Source: a bacterium | GTDB lineage: Bacteria > UBA8248 | Reading direction: 5' to 3' | DNA: 64,000 nucleotides | Assembly (NCBI GenBank): GCA_965204535.1 | Contig: OZ241996.1 | Span: forward strand, 736,001 to 800,000 | Shown here: positions 20,456 through 30,926 of the stretch, in pieces | How positions within the stretch are numbered: position 1 is the stretch's first letter | Layout: every line of letters begins with the position of its first letter | Position numbers and translations under genes: made by a program | The notes under the pieces: model-generated | What the model was told of the DNA's origin: nothing | The model's input: only the letters and a program-made list of their open reading frames with translations | The model's database searches: none

Positions 20456-21556
20456 TTGCTGATGCTTGCCGAAAAGGTTGTGGAAAAACAGTTGCTTGAT
20501 CAGTTCCTGGAAGCCCTGCAGGGGCTGCCCGGGGTGCAAGCGGAGTTGGGTTCACTTATACAGCCAAGTGGTCCGGATCGAGAGTATGACGCCCGGGTTG
20601 CTCTTAGGGCGGGCGGGAAGGCTGCCACTCTGATGATAGTAGTGAAGAAGACCCTCTATCCTCGTGATGTGCGACAGATGCTTTGGCAGTTCCAGGCTTT
20701 TGCACGTAGATGGCCGCAATCGGCGGAAGCACGGCAAACGTTGTTCTTCTTAGTGGCCCAATCAATTTCACCTGGAGCCAAAGACCTGCTGAGGGACGAG
20801 CGGGTTGGCTACTATGACAGCGGGGGCAGCCTGTTTCTCCCTGCTCACAACATCTACGTTTACGTGGACAAGCCGCTCTCGAAGACCTTGTCGAAATCCA
20901 TTCGCTCCTTGTTTTCGGGTCGACGTGCGCAGGTGCTGCACGCGCTCCTGATGCGGCATGGCGAGTGGTTCGGAGTCAAGGAGGTCGCGGCGCAGGCGCG
21001 GGTCTCGCCCGCGACCGCCTCGCAGGTGCTGACTGAACTTGAGAAATACGATTGGGTAGTGTCGCGAGGGCAGGGACCGACCAAGGAACGCGATCTTCGA
21101 GAGCCTGGCGCCTTGCTGAATGAATGGGCCAGGCAACTGGCGGTGATGCCGCCACTTGCAATGCGGCGTTACTTTGTGCCCTCGGTGCGTGCGGAGGGGC
21201 TGGTTCAGAAGTTCGCCGAGGTCTGTGCCGCCCGAAAGGCTGAATACGCGCTCACTCACGAGGCGGCAGGGCAACGGTACGCCCCCTTTCTATCGACTTT
21301 CTCCCAAGTGCGTAGCCGGATGATGGCTGGCGCCACCGCAGATGGAGTCCTGGGCGCACTCGATGCCCACATCGTAGACCAGGGTGCAAACCTCATGATC
21401 ATCGAAGTTAAGACGTCCGGCGATTTTTTGTTTCGAGAGCTGGTGGATGGAACTTGGCTGGCGAGTCCTATACAAGTCTACCTCGACCTGATTCGCGGTG
21501 AGGGCCGCGCCAAAGAAATGGCGAAGCACCTTCGCCAGGAAAGGCTCGGATTCTAG
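20456..21556 (+). CDS. AbiEi-like antitoxin / transcriptional regulator (type IV TA)
   Basis: Central wHTH (VKEVAAQARVSPATASQVL) and C-terminal ASPIQVYLDL..GRAKE motif. Confidence 0.75.
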   Translation: MLMLAEKVVEKQLLDQFLEALQGLPGVQAELGSLIQPSGPDREYDARVALRAGGKAATLMIVVKKTLYPRDVRQMLWQFQAFARRWPQSAEARQTLFFLVAQSISPGAKDLLRDERVGYYDSGGSLFLPAHNIYVYVDKPLSKTLSKSIRSLFSGRRAQVLHALLMRHGEWFGVKEVAAQARVSPATASQVLTELEKYDWVVSRGQGPTKERDLREPGALLNEWARQLAVMPPLAMRRYFVPSVRAEGLVQKFAEVCAARKAEYALTHEAAGQRYAPFLSTFSQVRSRMMAGATADGVLGALDAHIVDQGANLMIIEVKTSGDFLFRELVDGTWLASPIQVYLDLIRGEGRAKEMAKHLRQERLGF

Positions 21557-22452
21557 TGGCGAAGCCTACGACACTGCACGGCTACACCAATCAGCACACA
21601 GTCGATTGCGAGCGCGTTCTCGTTACCCTGCTGCGCGGATTAGGCCCCTGGAAAGAGTCGGTAATTCTGGTTGGCGGCTTGACGCCGAGATATCTGGTGG
21701 CGGCCAGACCACCGGCAGTGCCGGCGCATGCAGGGACGCTCGACTTGGATGTCGTCATCGACCTGCAAATTCTGGCCGAAACCGAGGCGTATAACACGCT
21801 CGAGGACAACCTGCGAAGAATGGCGTTCGAGCCATTCAAGAACGACAGGGGCCAGAGGTCCTCATGGCGGTGGCAGACCCGCACCGAACATGGCGCGCTG
21901 ATTGAGTTGGAGCTGCTCGCCGACGCGCCTGAGATCGCCGGTGGCAGGGTTCAGCCGCTGCCTACGGAAGGGACCATCTCCGCGCTCAACATTCCGCACT
22001 CGTCCATTGTCTTCGATCTCCACCGGGTCACGGAGATTCAGGCAAAGCTCCTTAACAGCGAAGCCATCGCCGTCGAAAAAGTCAAGCACGCAAATCTGGT
22101 GAGTTTCACTTGCCTGAAGGCGTTCGCCTTCGATCAGCGCTTCGAGCGCAAGGACGCGCATGACCTGGTCTATTGCATCGAGCACGCGCCCGAGGGTATC
22201 GACAACGTTGCGGAGATGTTCCGCAACACTTTGGAAGGCAGCCACGGCGCAGTGATCCGGGACTCTCTGGCAATTCTTCGCAATCGCTTCGCACAAGACG
22301 ACGAAGTCGAGGGCTATCGCAAGGACGGTCCCGTGGAGGTGGCCCGCTTCGAACTGGGTGAGGGTGACGAAGCCGACCTGCGCGAAGCTCGCATGCTGCG
22401 CCAACGCGAAGTCAGCAATGTGATCGAGCAGCTCCTGGAACGTATCGGTTAG
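21556..22452 (+). CDS. AbiEii-like nucleotidyltransferase toxin
   Basis: LVGG, GTLDLD and K..A...R.ERKDAHD motifs; start overlaps the upstream stop (TAGTG). Confidence 0.75.
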   Translation: MAKPTTLHGYTNQHTVDCERVLVTLLRGLGPWKESVILVGGLTPRYLVAARPPAVPAHAGTLDLDVVIDLQILAETEAYNTLEDNLRRMAFEPFKNDRGQRSSWRWQTRTEHGALIELELLADAPEIAGGRVQPLPTEGTISALNIPHSSIVFDLHRVTEIQAKLLNSEAIAVEKVKHANLVSFTCLKAFAFDQRFERKDAHDLVYCIEHAPEGIDNVAEMFRNTLEGSHGAVIRDSLAILRNRFAQDDEVEGYRKDGPVEVARFELGEGDEADLREARMLRQREVSNVIEQLLERIG

Positions 22453-22950
22453 GAGGCGGTATGACGCTTAAGGCTGTTTTCACGATACCATCACGGCCCG
22501 CCCGAACGTTTACACCGACATAACCCCGCAGGTCTACGCTGGAGTTTGAATTCCTCCGTTTCCGTTTTGATTACTTCCTCCAGAAAGCAAATCCCGAACG
22601 AAGTTTCCAAAAACAAATACCCGCAACAGTTTCAACAAACTACAAGGATTCCCCGCTCGTCGTAATTCCCCCACTGCCTGAAACCACGCGAGGCGCGGGC
22701 GGGACTGCCCGGGATGTTAAAGCCGGGCGCTTTCAGTGCGATGAAGGCGATCCTAGTTGTCCTGCTGCAATAGCAGCGGAAATCAAACAGGTAAGTTGAC
22801 GGGCAATTACCGACACGGCTACCGCCAAGATGGCAAATACGGCAGTAACAGAAATTGAGCTATCGCAAACTGTCCCAGTCCCACCCGCTTTTGCGAATGC
22901 AGAAAGAACAAGGTGATTGGAGTGAAGTTTTCGGGACTCAGGAGAAAGTA

Positions 22951-23076
22951 ATGGCACAATTTATTACGTCAATACGGATAAAAAACTTCCGCTCTGTTGT
23001 CGAGCAGACTTTTTCTCTTAGCGACAAAACTCTTTCGATATTCGTAGGTCGTAATGATGTTAGAAAAACGAGCTAA
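22951..23076 (+). pseudogene. N-terminal stub of an ABC/AAA_15-type ATPase (OLD/GajA/PtuA-like start)
   Basis: ITSIRIKNFRSV...IFVGRNDVRKTS*, a degenerate Walker A followed by a stop. Confidence 0.6.
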
Positions 23077-23170
23077 GCGCTTAACTTGGAGAGGTAGAGT
23101 CACAAGAGACTTTCGCCCTTGATCCGAATAAAAATACAAAGTGCAATTTACCAAAAATCAAAACTCATAT

Positions 23171-25618
23171 TCAGTCACCTGCCGTACGATTCTTTTCAAC
23201 TCTGCGTAAGCTATCAATGAAGATTTCATTTTTCGTATTGCTTTCCAGTAGCCCCTTCAACGTAGCCCAATATTCGGTTGATACCGAGCAAGCAATCTTC
23301 GAACAAATTTCAAATGCCATCGTCTCTTCCAATTTCTGCCATTTCTCACTCATAATTATCTGAGTTCTGGAAGAATTCAGATCCAAGTCCATGCTTCCAC
23401 AAACATCTACCACTATCAACATTGGGAATGGCCAATTCAGTTTTACCTGATTTTTTTGCATTCTCCACGATTCTGGAAATAGCGTTGTAGGGACTTCAAT
23501 TCCGTGCAACGAAAGCCAAGATTTCGATTTCCAATGACTACTATATAAATTCGACTGCTCTATTATTCCTCCTTCATCTATAGTGATTGATGTCGTAGAC
23601 TCCTTTATTTCATTACTGACCATCCGCAAACTCTTGTCTAAAGAATAATCTTCACCTTCAATCACAATAGACTTGGACGTCATTTCAATACTAGTGGTCG
23701 GCGAGCCATGAGACTCTAATATCGCTACAATGACGGAGCCAACAAATCCTTTTTCTTGATTATCAAAATCTATGTTAAATACTCTAATATTATCATGCTC
23801 ATCCCATGTATGTTCTCTTAGTTGTTCAGCCTTTATTTCCTTAAACGATTTTTCATCTCTTATTTTTTCTTGAGATTCTGTTTCTATTACTATCTTGAAT
23901 GGCGGGTTTGGCAATACGTTTTCAACGGACTTAATGAACTCGTCTTCGCTCAAATTATCCCACGGATTTACGTTTTTTCTGAGGAATAGTTTGGTTGATG
24001 TTCCGGGTATTGTTCGTTGCCCCGGCTTTATCCAAAATATGCTTTCTTGGCCTTCAATAGTAATATTTATCGCGTCACTCGAATCGTGAGGTCCATAAAC
24101 TCTTCGGGTATCTACTACCAATGTATCAGCCACCATAAAGCAAGACAAAATCCCTATGCCAAATCGAGATATTGGCATAAACTTCGCCTTTGCTATTGAC
24201 TTTAGTTCATAAAAATCAGGAGACATATAAAATGACGATCCGACTTTTGAATAGTATGCGTCGATAATATGCTGATCCATTCCAGTCCCATTATCAATTA
24301 TCTCAAGTACGTCTCCATCGGTTTCAGTTGAATATTTTATGTGTATCTCTGGTTCGTATAAATTGCCCCAACTCTTTTCCATAGCGCTTCGCAGCAAACA
24401 AGCGTCGATCGAATTCTGCAATAACTCTCTAAGAGGAACTTCTGGGTCACCATATAATTTCGTGCCCATTAATAAATCTATAACTTGATTTTTACTCAAG
24501 TTGAACTGTGCTTTTTTATAGAGATAAAGCGGCTGACCATTAATACCTTTCTTTGTTTCAATTTTTGATCTATCCACCTTAAAGGGAATACTAGTTGTAT
24601 GTTCTTTTCCTTGGTTTCTATCGAAATCGTTTATTGATGAAATAATATTATTGCAGGCGCTTAACTCCCGATCGATAATGTCGCAAAAATCGTGAATTGA
24701 TGCTTCTATAGCAGGATGTATGCACTTGGCATGAAATTGAATAGATTCCTCACTGATAGACCATGCTTCAATAGCTCTGTGTTTATTCCATTCGTTGATC
24801 GATATCGGATTCCTTACAAACAGATGCGAGAATAAGACTTCCGGTGTTCTCTTTGCGTCGAAATCAAGAATATCTGCAAGCCTCAATATCACGGCGATTA
24901 GTTGCAAATTAGCATATATACCGTCCCCACAAAGATAGTTTCTGTCGAGTTCCAAAAGTGAGAGAGCGTCATTACTGTGACTGAAACAAATTTCTGCAAA
25001 ATCGACAGTTAAATCGACGTCTCTATACCTTATTTTTTCATTCCAATGTTTTTCAATAATGTCCCTTGCTCGTTCGGCATGTGTAGCTCTAATGTAATCG
25101 GAAACAATGTAATTTTTCAGCAAATCCGCTTCGCTATTTTTCCCCTGCGCGATGTACGATTCAATCTGCGAGTTAAGCTCCGGCTTTGACAAATAGAATC
25201 TTTGAAATTTACTGAACTCATCGTTTTCTTCATCTGATAGCGATGGAGATATGTCCCAAACCTTTCTCCATGAAGTTACATCCTTTTCTTTAGCCGCCAT
25301 TCCAATATCATGAAAAAATGCACTAAGTATCAACAACATCAATTCCGGGACTGAGAGTTCTTTAATTTTGCCCGGAGAAAGTAGCTTCTCCATTAACTTT
25401 AAAACACGGAATAGATGGTCGCCATCATGGAGAGTAAATTCTCCCATGTGCATTAGAATCGTCTTGGTTTTCTGGTATGCAAAAGACGTTGCTTCATCAA
25501 CGAGAGATAAGACCTGATTGCCAGGAGAATTGCCCTCACATTTTTCCCTTAATGCGCAGTAAATAGCACTCTTGTGTAATCGCTCTTGTGTTTCCGCTTT
25601 CCAGTCATCGCCACTCAT
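23171..25618 (-). CDS. HD-CE-like domain fused to an Hsp90-like GHKL ATPase
   Basis: FTLHDGDH, FFHDIGM and LRLADILD (HD); LYGD..LRELLQNSIDAC, DNGTGM and SRFGIG (GHKL); GGAGG RBS favours the start at 25618. Confidence 0.85.
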   Translation of the reverse strand: MSGDDWKAETQERLHKSAIYCALREKCEGNSPGNQVLSLVDEATSFAYQKTKTILMHMGEFTLHDGDHLFRVLKLMEKLLSPGKIKELSVPELMLLILSAFFHDIGMAAKEKDVTSWRKVWDISPSLSDEENDEFSKFQRFYLSKPELNSQIESYIAQGKNSEADLLKNYIVSDYIRATHAERARDIIEKHWNEKIRYRDVDLTVDFAEICFSHSNDALSLLELDRNYLCGDGIYANLQLIAVILRLADILDFDAKRTPEVLFSHLFVRNPISINEWNKHRAIEAWSISEESIQFHAKCIHPAIEASIHDFCDIIDRELSACNNIISSINDFDRNQGKEHTTSIPFKVDRSKIETKKGINGQPLYLYKKAQFNLSKNQVIDLLMGTKLYGDPEVPLRELLQNSIDACLLRSAMEKSWGNLYEPEIHIKYSTETDGDVLEIIDNGTGMDQHIIDAYYSKVGSSFYMSPDFYELKSIAKAKFMPISRFGIGILSCFMVADTLVVDTRRVYGPHDSSDAINITIEGQESIFWIKPGQRTIPGTSTKLFLRKNVNPWDNLSEDEFIKSVENVLPNPPFKIVIETESQEKIRDEKSFKEIKAEQLREHTWDEHDNIRVFNIDFDNQEKGFVGSVIVAILESHGSPTTSIEMTSKSIVIEGEDYSLDKSLRMVSNEIKESTTSITIDEGGIIEQSNLYSSHWKSKSWLSLHGIEVPTTLFPESWRMQKNQVKLNWPFPMLIVVDVCGSMDLDLNSSRTQIIMSEKWQKLEETMAFEICSKIACSVSTEYWATLKGLLESNTKNEIFIDSLRRVEKNRTAGD

Positions 25619-26431
25619 GATGCCCCATTTCCTCCTTAATGTATCTAATTGTAACTGCACATCGTTTTTGTTCGCCGAGCAAACACCGATATGCAACCAT
25701 GCGTAGGGGTGGAGCCTTTCCTTTTGGTATATCAGAGTAGCACAGGCGGCGGCTGAGGGTGATACTTTTCGGACAGGACGTAGCTTGACCAGAGAACGGT
25801 GCCACCCCCGGTCAAAGAATCCCTTGTGGATCCGGTGCGCGGGTATGCAATCTGTGCACGGACGCATGATGCCCCTTAGGCGGCCTGCGTCGGCGCGACC
25901 TAGTTATTGGGATGAGGTGATGAGCCGCCACCTTCCTGGCCCCAAATACGGCCCAACGCTATGTAGGTGGCGGCTTCACTATGCAGGGCGACGACTCCGA
26001 CATGTTGGCGGAGTGGGTTAAGGCTGACTGGCCGCTGCAGGAGGCAGATGTGGTGACATTGTTCACCGCTGACTTCCACTGTTTATGGCACCGATAACTG
26101 ACTGGTGATGTCGACGGAGTGGCAGGCCATCCATATCATTCCGTACAACTTCTTTATCCATAACCCCGCGCTGAAGATCCGGTCGAAGTAAGGAGACGGG
26201 CGAGGGGCGCCGCTCCGGAGAGGTGGGTCGGGCGAGAATCGAACTCGCGCAAACAAATTTGCAGATTCGGGTGACTGTCCGCTTGGCTATCGACCACGGT
26301 GCTTTTCGCATTTTGAACAGCATCCTGTTCAGCCTTAGGTCTAGATACGGAGTCTGGGATATGGGGTGGCTCGTGGAGTTCATTGAGGAGCGGGACGCGG
26401 TTGATGAGGTACCTTATGGCATTGTTCCTAC

Positions 26432-27271
26432 TCAACCTGACCAATCGTAGCGAAGGCGACGCAAAAAAGTTCGAGCGGTCACGAGAGCAACGTGCAGGCG
26501 GAAAGTGCTGTGCTCTTCGTCAGATAGCCCAGGATGTGGCCCCTCTTTGTGAAGCATCTTAAAAAGGCCGTTGATGTAGTTTTTTCCGTCACTCGTCCAT
26601 TCATTTCGTGCGGATGATAGAAAATCGAGCTTTTCTAATAGAGCTCGACGGGACTCGGAAGTCTGGCGTTTTTGTGCTTCTTCCGGGCTAATCGAATGTG
26701 CGATTCCATCGAACAGGCTCTCAATAAATGTCCGAATCTGGCTGTTGGCCGCTGCCCAATCGCCACGAGTATGGGCCTTGACCGCTTGATCCAGATGTCC
26801 CAACGAAATGGTAAAATTCTTTTCTTTGAGAAGTTTTCGTATTTCATCGTCCGCTTCGGGTAATTCCAACTCGGAATCAGCCGGTAGCGCGGACAATAAT
26901 ATCGGACGATCTTCGTCTTGATCGAAAGAAATCACGTAACCGTCACGAGCAAGACCGCGCTTAAAGTCTGTCCTTAAATTTTTATGATAATGAGCAAGCG
27001 GTGGTCTCATAAATGTGAGTGCCTCTCGGACAACTGCTTCACCAAGTGTCATGGAACCGTCAAATGTTTCGATGCTAAAGTTCGGGTTGTTTACAAGAAT
27101 TCTAGCTAAAAGAGCACATTTCTTTTTGACGCTGACCTTGGTGCTTTCGGTGATGTGATTCTCAAGGTTCAATCGTATAATCATTTGATCAAAATCGGCT
27201 TGGGTATGCCCTTCCAAGAGCTCGGTAGCCGCAACTAAAGTTGGTCTCGTAAATTTCATTTCATACCCCAT
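26432..27271 (-). CDS. Hypothetical protein, possible abortive-infection (Abi_C/HEPN-like) C-terminus
   Basis: Low GC; HLDQA...AANSQIRTFIESL...LHKEGPHPG helical pattern; defence-like neighbourhood. Confidence 0.5.
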   Translation of the reverse strand: MGYEMKFTRPTLVAATELLEGHTQADFDQMIIRLNLENHITESTKVSVKKKCALLARILVNNPNFSIETFDGSMTLGEAVVREALTFMRPPLAHYHKNLRTDFKRGLARDGYVISFDQDEDRPILLSALPADSELELPEADDEIRKLLKEKNFTISLGHLDQAVKAHTRGDWAAANSQIRTFIESLFDGIAHSISPEEAQKRQTSESRRALLEKLDFLSSARNEWTSDGKNYINGLFKMLHKEGPHPGLSDEEHSTFRLHVALVTARTFLRRLRYDWSG

Positions 27272-27534
27272 AAAATATTTCTATAGTATCAGTCTTTCTT
27301 TCTCCAATCCCTGTTTTCTCCTTCAATTCCCTCATTCTGTTAAGTTGGGGCGTATTTACAAAATGACGAGCATCATTCATGCCTCAATGTTGCGATATAT
27401 AATCTTTTTCACTGATCACATATCCAGCTACAATCTCAATTCCAAGTCTGCAGTCTTTACGCGTTCATACACCACAGATCCACGGTCCTTCTGCCTTGAA
27501 GCAGGCACGTCCAGTTCCTTCTTGTCGCCAGTCT

Positions 27535-28704
27535 CTACCCTCCGTCCAGCAGGTCGGCCGCGATGCTCGCGGCTATCCGCTCCGCGGCCTCGCGCACCGT
27601 ATCGCGCGCGAGATGCGCGTAGCGCGCCGTGGTCTGTATGTGGGAGTGGCCGAGCAGCTTCGCGATGACGGAAAGTCCTTCTCCCAGCGCCAGCGCTCTC
27701 GAGGCGTAGGAGTGACGCAGGTCGTGGATCCGCACGTCGGAGAGCCCCGCCTGCGCCCGGACCTTTCGCCAGACGTGATCGAGCCCGCTCAGGCGCGCGC
27801 CCGGCTTCCTGCCGGGGAAGACCCAGGGATTTCCGGGAAGACGCGGGAGGGCGGCCAGGAGTCCGGCCGCAGCCGGCGGTAGCGAGACCACGCGCGCGCC
27901 CGTCTTCGAGTCCGCCAGCCTCAGTTCCGATTCCCCGAGCGCCACGTCCTCCCAGCGCAGCCCGAGGACCTCCGACTTCCGGCACCCGGTCAGCATCAGG
28001 AGCCTGATGGCGGCCACGGCGCAGGCGGACGCGCCGCCCTCCGCCTCCAGCGCGTCGAGTGCCAATCCCAGGCGTTCGAACTCCGCCTCCGTGAGGAACC
28101 GCTCCCGCCTGCGAAGGGGGTATTTCACGATGGCGCGGCACGGGTTCGTTCCTTCGGGCAAAAGCCCCCAGTCGCCTGCCGCCTCGAACATCGAGGAGAG
28201 TACCCGCAGCGCCGCGTTCGCCGCCGCCGGCGTCTCGTGGAGTCCCCGGTGGAGCGCCGCCGCCTGCGCCCCCTCAAGCGATGCGAGCGGTATCTTCCCC
28301 AGAGCGGGCAATACGTGGGCCCGCAGCGCCGCCCGGACCGCGGCGGCCGTGCGCGGCTTGCACCTCACCTCGACGTGTTCCGCCATGTAGCGCCCGGCGA
28401 GTTCGGCCACGGTGGGGCCGCCGGCGGATCTCACGGGCGCGGCCTCCCCGCCCGCCTTGATCCGCGCGATGAGGAGCGCCGCGCGTCTTCTCGCCTCCTC
28501 GGAATGGATCACGCCGTGGCGCCCTACCGTCACCCGCCTGGGTCCCTCGGGCCCCCGCGCCTGCGCGATATACACCTTGCTCCCCGTGGAGTAGACACGT
28601 ACGCCGAAGCCGGTGAGCTCCTTGTCCCAGAACACCGTGTCCTTGTGGACCTCGAGTTTCCCCACCATCCGGTTCGAAACCGTTTTCATTGCGGGCTTCG
28701 TCAT
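27535..28704 (-). CDS. Tyrosine recombinase/integrase with arm-binding (DUF4102-like) domain
   Basis: WDKELTGFGVRV; R (GCRKSE), K (SKTG), HDLRH, LLGH, Y (TARYAH). Confidence 0.95.
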   Translation of the reverse strand: MTKPAMKTVSNRMVGKLEVHKDTVFWDKELTGFGVRVYSTGSKVYIAQARGPEGPRRVTVGRHGVIHSEEARRRAALLIARIKAGGEAAPVRSAGGPTVAELAGRYMAEHVEVRCKPRTAAAVRAALRAHVLPALGKIPLASLEGAQAAALHRGLHETPAAANAALRVLSSMFEAAGDWGLLPEGTNPCRAIVKYPLRRRERFLTEAEFERLGLALDALEAEGGASACAVAAIRLLMLTGCRKSEVLGLRWEDVALGESELRLADSKTGARVVSLPPAAAGLLAALPRLPGNPWVFPGRKPGARLSGLDHVWRKVRAQAGLSDVRIHDLRHSYASRALALGEGLSVIAKLLGHSHIQTTARYAHLARDTVREAAERIAASIAADLLDGG

Positions 28705-29864
28705 CGCTCCATCCTCCCGTTCGTGACGTGGACGCCGATGCTCTCCCCCACGCGGGTGGCCGCCGCCCGCTCGGCATCCCGCATCAGGTGCGCGTAGCGC
28801 GCCGTCGTCGCCACCTCGCCGTGTCCGAGCAGCGCCCCGATCACCGGGAGGTTCTCGCCCAGCGCGAGCGCCCGGCTCGCATACGAATGACGCAAGTCAT
28901 GGAGGCGCACGTCTCCGAGCCCCGCACGCGCCCGGAGGGGCTTCCAGTAGTGATAGAGGTTCGTGAGCCTGCCCCCGCCCCGCTGGGCGCGGAACACCCA
29001 GGGACCGTCCCCCCGCGGGGGAAGCGCGTCGAGCAACGGCCCCGTCAGCGGAACCATCCGTGGTCCCGTCTTCGTGTCTCTCAATCTCAGTTCCCCCGCC
29101 GCGCGGTCCACGTCGTCCCACCTGAGGCTCAGCACCTCGTCCCGCCGGCATCCCGTCAGGAGGAGAATCCTGATCGCCGCCACCGCAGGCGGCCACGACG
29201 TATCGTCTTCCCGCAACACACGGCCCAGCCGGCGGTATTCCGCAGGCGTCAGGAACCGCTCCCGCTTGCGCGTCCTGTAGCGGCGAAGCCTCCGGCACGG
29301 GTTCCGGCCGGGCGGTATCAGTTCCCACGCCTCGGCAAGCGTGAACATCCGCTTGAGCACGTCCACCGCGGCGTTCGCCGTCCCCGGCGTCGCGCGCAGG
29401 GCGTGCTGGAGCGCCGCGGCCTCCGCCTTGCCCACGTCACCGAGGTTCATCGAACCCAGCGCCGGCAGGATATGGTTGTCGAGCACGGAGCGGTACTTGG
29501 GCGCCGTGGACGGCTTGCAGCGACTCGCGACGTACTCGCGCATGAAGCGTCCGGCCAGGTCCGCCACCGTGGGCGCGGGTTCCGCCTCTCCGGAGAGGGG
29601 CTCCTCGCCCCGCCTGATCCGGTCGATGACGGGCGCTGCGCGTTTCCTGGCCTCATCGCACGAGAGCGCCCCGTGGCGACCGAGCGTCACGCGCACAGGC
29701 CCGCGCGGTCCTCTCGACTGCACCACGTAGACCTTCCGGCCCGTTGCGTGCACCCGCACCCCGAAACCCGCCAGGTCCCGGTCCCAGAATACGGCGTCCT
29801 TCTCCTTGACCGCGAGCGCGTCGACCGCGCGCTTGGTGAGCTTGAACTCGCTTCTTCTCGGCAT
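28701..29864 (-). CDS. Second tandem tyrosine integrase with arm-binding domain
   Basis: WDRDLAGFGVRV; GCRRDE, TKTG, HDLRH, LLGH, TARYAH; ATGA overlap with the next integrase. Confidence 0.95.
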   Translation of the reverse strand: MPRRSEFKLTKRAVDALAVKEKDAVFWDRDLAGFGVRVHATGRKVYVVQSRGPRGPVRVTLGRHGALSCDEARKRAAPVIDRIRRGEEPLSGEAEPAPTVADLAGRFMREYVASRCKPSTAPKYRSVLDNHILPALGSMNLGDVGKAEAAALQHALRATPGTANAAVDVLKRMFTLAEAWELIPPGRNPCRRLRRYRTRKRERFLTPAEYRRLGRVLREDDTSWPPAVAAIRILLLTGCRRDEVLSLRWDDVDRAAGELRLRDTKTGPRMVPLTGPLLDALPPRGDGPWVFRAQRGGGRLTNLYHYWKPLRARAGLGDVRLHDLRHSYASRALALGENLPVIGALLGHGEVATTARYAHLMRDAERAAATRVGESIGVHVTNGRMER

Positions 29865-30064
29865 GGTTCCTCCCGGAAATATGTAATCAAAACGCATACA
29901 AGCGGCGTCAAACGAGAGCGTATTCAAGCATAAATATGACGAAAACACAAGAGGGGAAATTCGAAAGGTGTGTTATTTAATCAAGTATTATCAGTTATTT
30001 GCATCATCCAGGCGTAGCCAGTCGAACGATTGACATACCGGTCGATTTAAATTATATGTTTGCT

Positions 30065-30205
30065 CGTCATTCCGGCGAATGCCGGAATCCAGAACCGATG
30101 AGAGAACCCGGGGCTCAGGGAATCCCGCCGCCCATATCGGATCGCCAAATGATGGACTTTCTTCCACTCATGCCCGCCTGGATTCCGGCATACGCCGGAA
30201 TGGCG
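30065..30205. repeat. Palindromic miniature repeat (RPE/REP-like)
   Basis: CGTCATTCCGGCGAATGCCGGAATCCAG ... CTGGATTCCGGCATACGCCGGAATGGCG inverted pair, each arm itself a hairpin. Confidence 0.8.
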
Positions 30206-30299
30206 GCGTTTTGCTTCGGCGTTGACCGGCCAGGAGGACGCGCGTCCCCAAAACGTGCGATATTCCCATTTCCCATCCCACCTCCGAGGAGAAGCCGAC

Positions 30300-30848
30300 A
30301 TGACGAAAACCGAAAGGGCGCCGGGGCCTGGGTCGCTCGAGGCGCGGCTGCGTGATATCGAGGACAGGCTCGAAATCTACAACTTGATCGCCTCGCACCC
30401 GCCGAGCGCGGACACGGGCGCAGATTATTACACCCGCGCCGTCTTCACCGAGGACGGCGTCTTCGACCGGGGGGAGAGTCTCGACTACACGGTCGGAAAC
30501 GAGGCCATCGCCGCCATCACCCGAAGGCCTGAGCATCGAGAGGCCATCCACGGTGGCCTCGCCCACTTCGCCGGGCTGCCGTACGTCGAACTCGACGGCG
30601 ATTCGGCCCGGGTCACCTCCTATTTGCAACTCATCCATCCGGACCACCAGGGCGCAGAGCGCGAACTGCCCAACCACGGCGTCTCGACCGGCTACCGCAT
30701 CCACCGCGTCCTCGCCAACCGCTGGGAGCTCGTGCGCACGCCGGAGGGCTGGAAGATCAAGAGCCGCAAGCTGCGCCCGCTCGACGGCACACCCCCCGCA
30801 CGAGACATCCTCGCCGACGTCCTGGCGCGCCACCGCCCCGCCGATTGA
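30300..30848 (+). CDS. SnoaL-like / NTF2-family protein
   Basis: LRDIEDRLEIYNLIA, VFTEDGVFD, LVRTPEGWKIKSR. Confidence 0.85.
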   Translation: MTKTERAPGPGSLEARLRDIEDRLEIYNLIASHPPSADTGADYYTRAVFTEDGVFDRGESLDYTVGNEAIAAITRRPEHREAIHGGLAHFAGLPYVELDGDSARVTSYLQLIHPDHQGAERELPNHGVSTGYRIHRVLANRWELVRTPEGWKIKSRKLRPLDGTPPARDILADVLARHRPAD

Positions 30849-30926
30849 GGGGCGAAGCCTGCAAGCGCGCTGCTTCAGGTGAGGTCAAGGAGGAAAAAGA
30901 GAAGGAGAGGCGAAGCCCCCGCCCCC

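Noticed and set aside
20115-23160. Possible integron attC sites (ATCTAAC at ~20116, GTTAAGC on the minus strand at ~23085)
   Set aside because: No paired R/L boxes found, and the integrases lack IntI features
25620-26430. ORF-track N-terminal extension of the HD-Hsp90 gene and small ORFs at 26063-26450
   Set aside because: The RBS supports a start at 25618; the small ORFs have no motifs, and the hairpin near 25922-25977 could not be assigned
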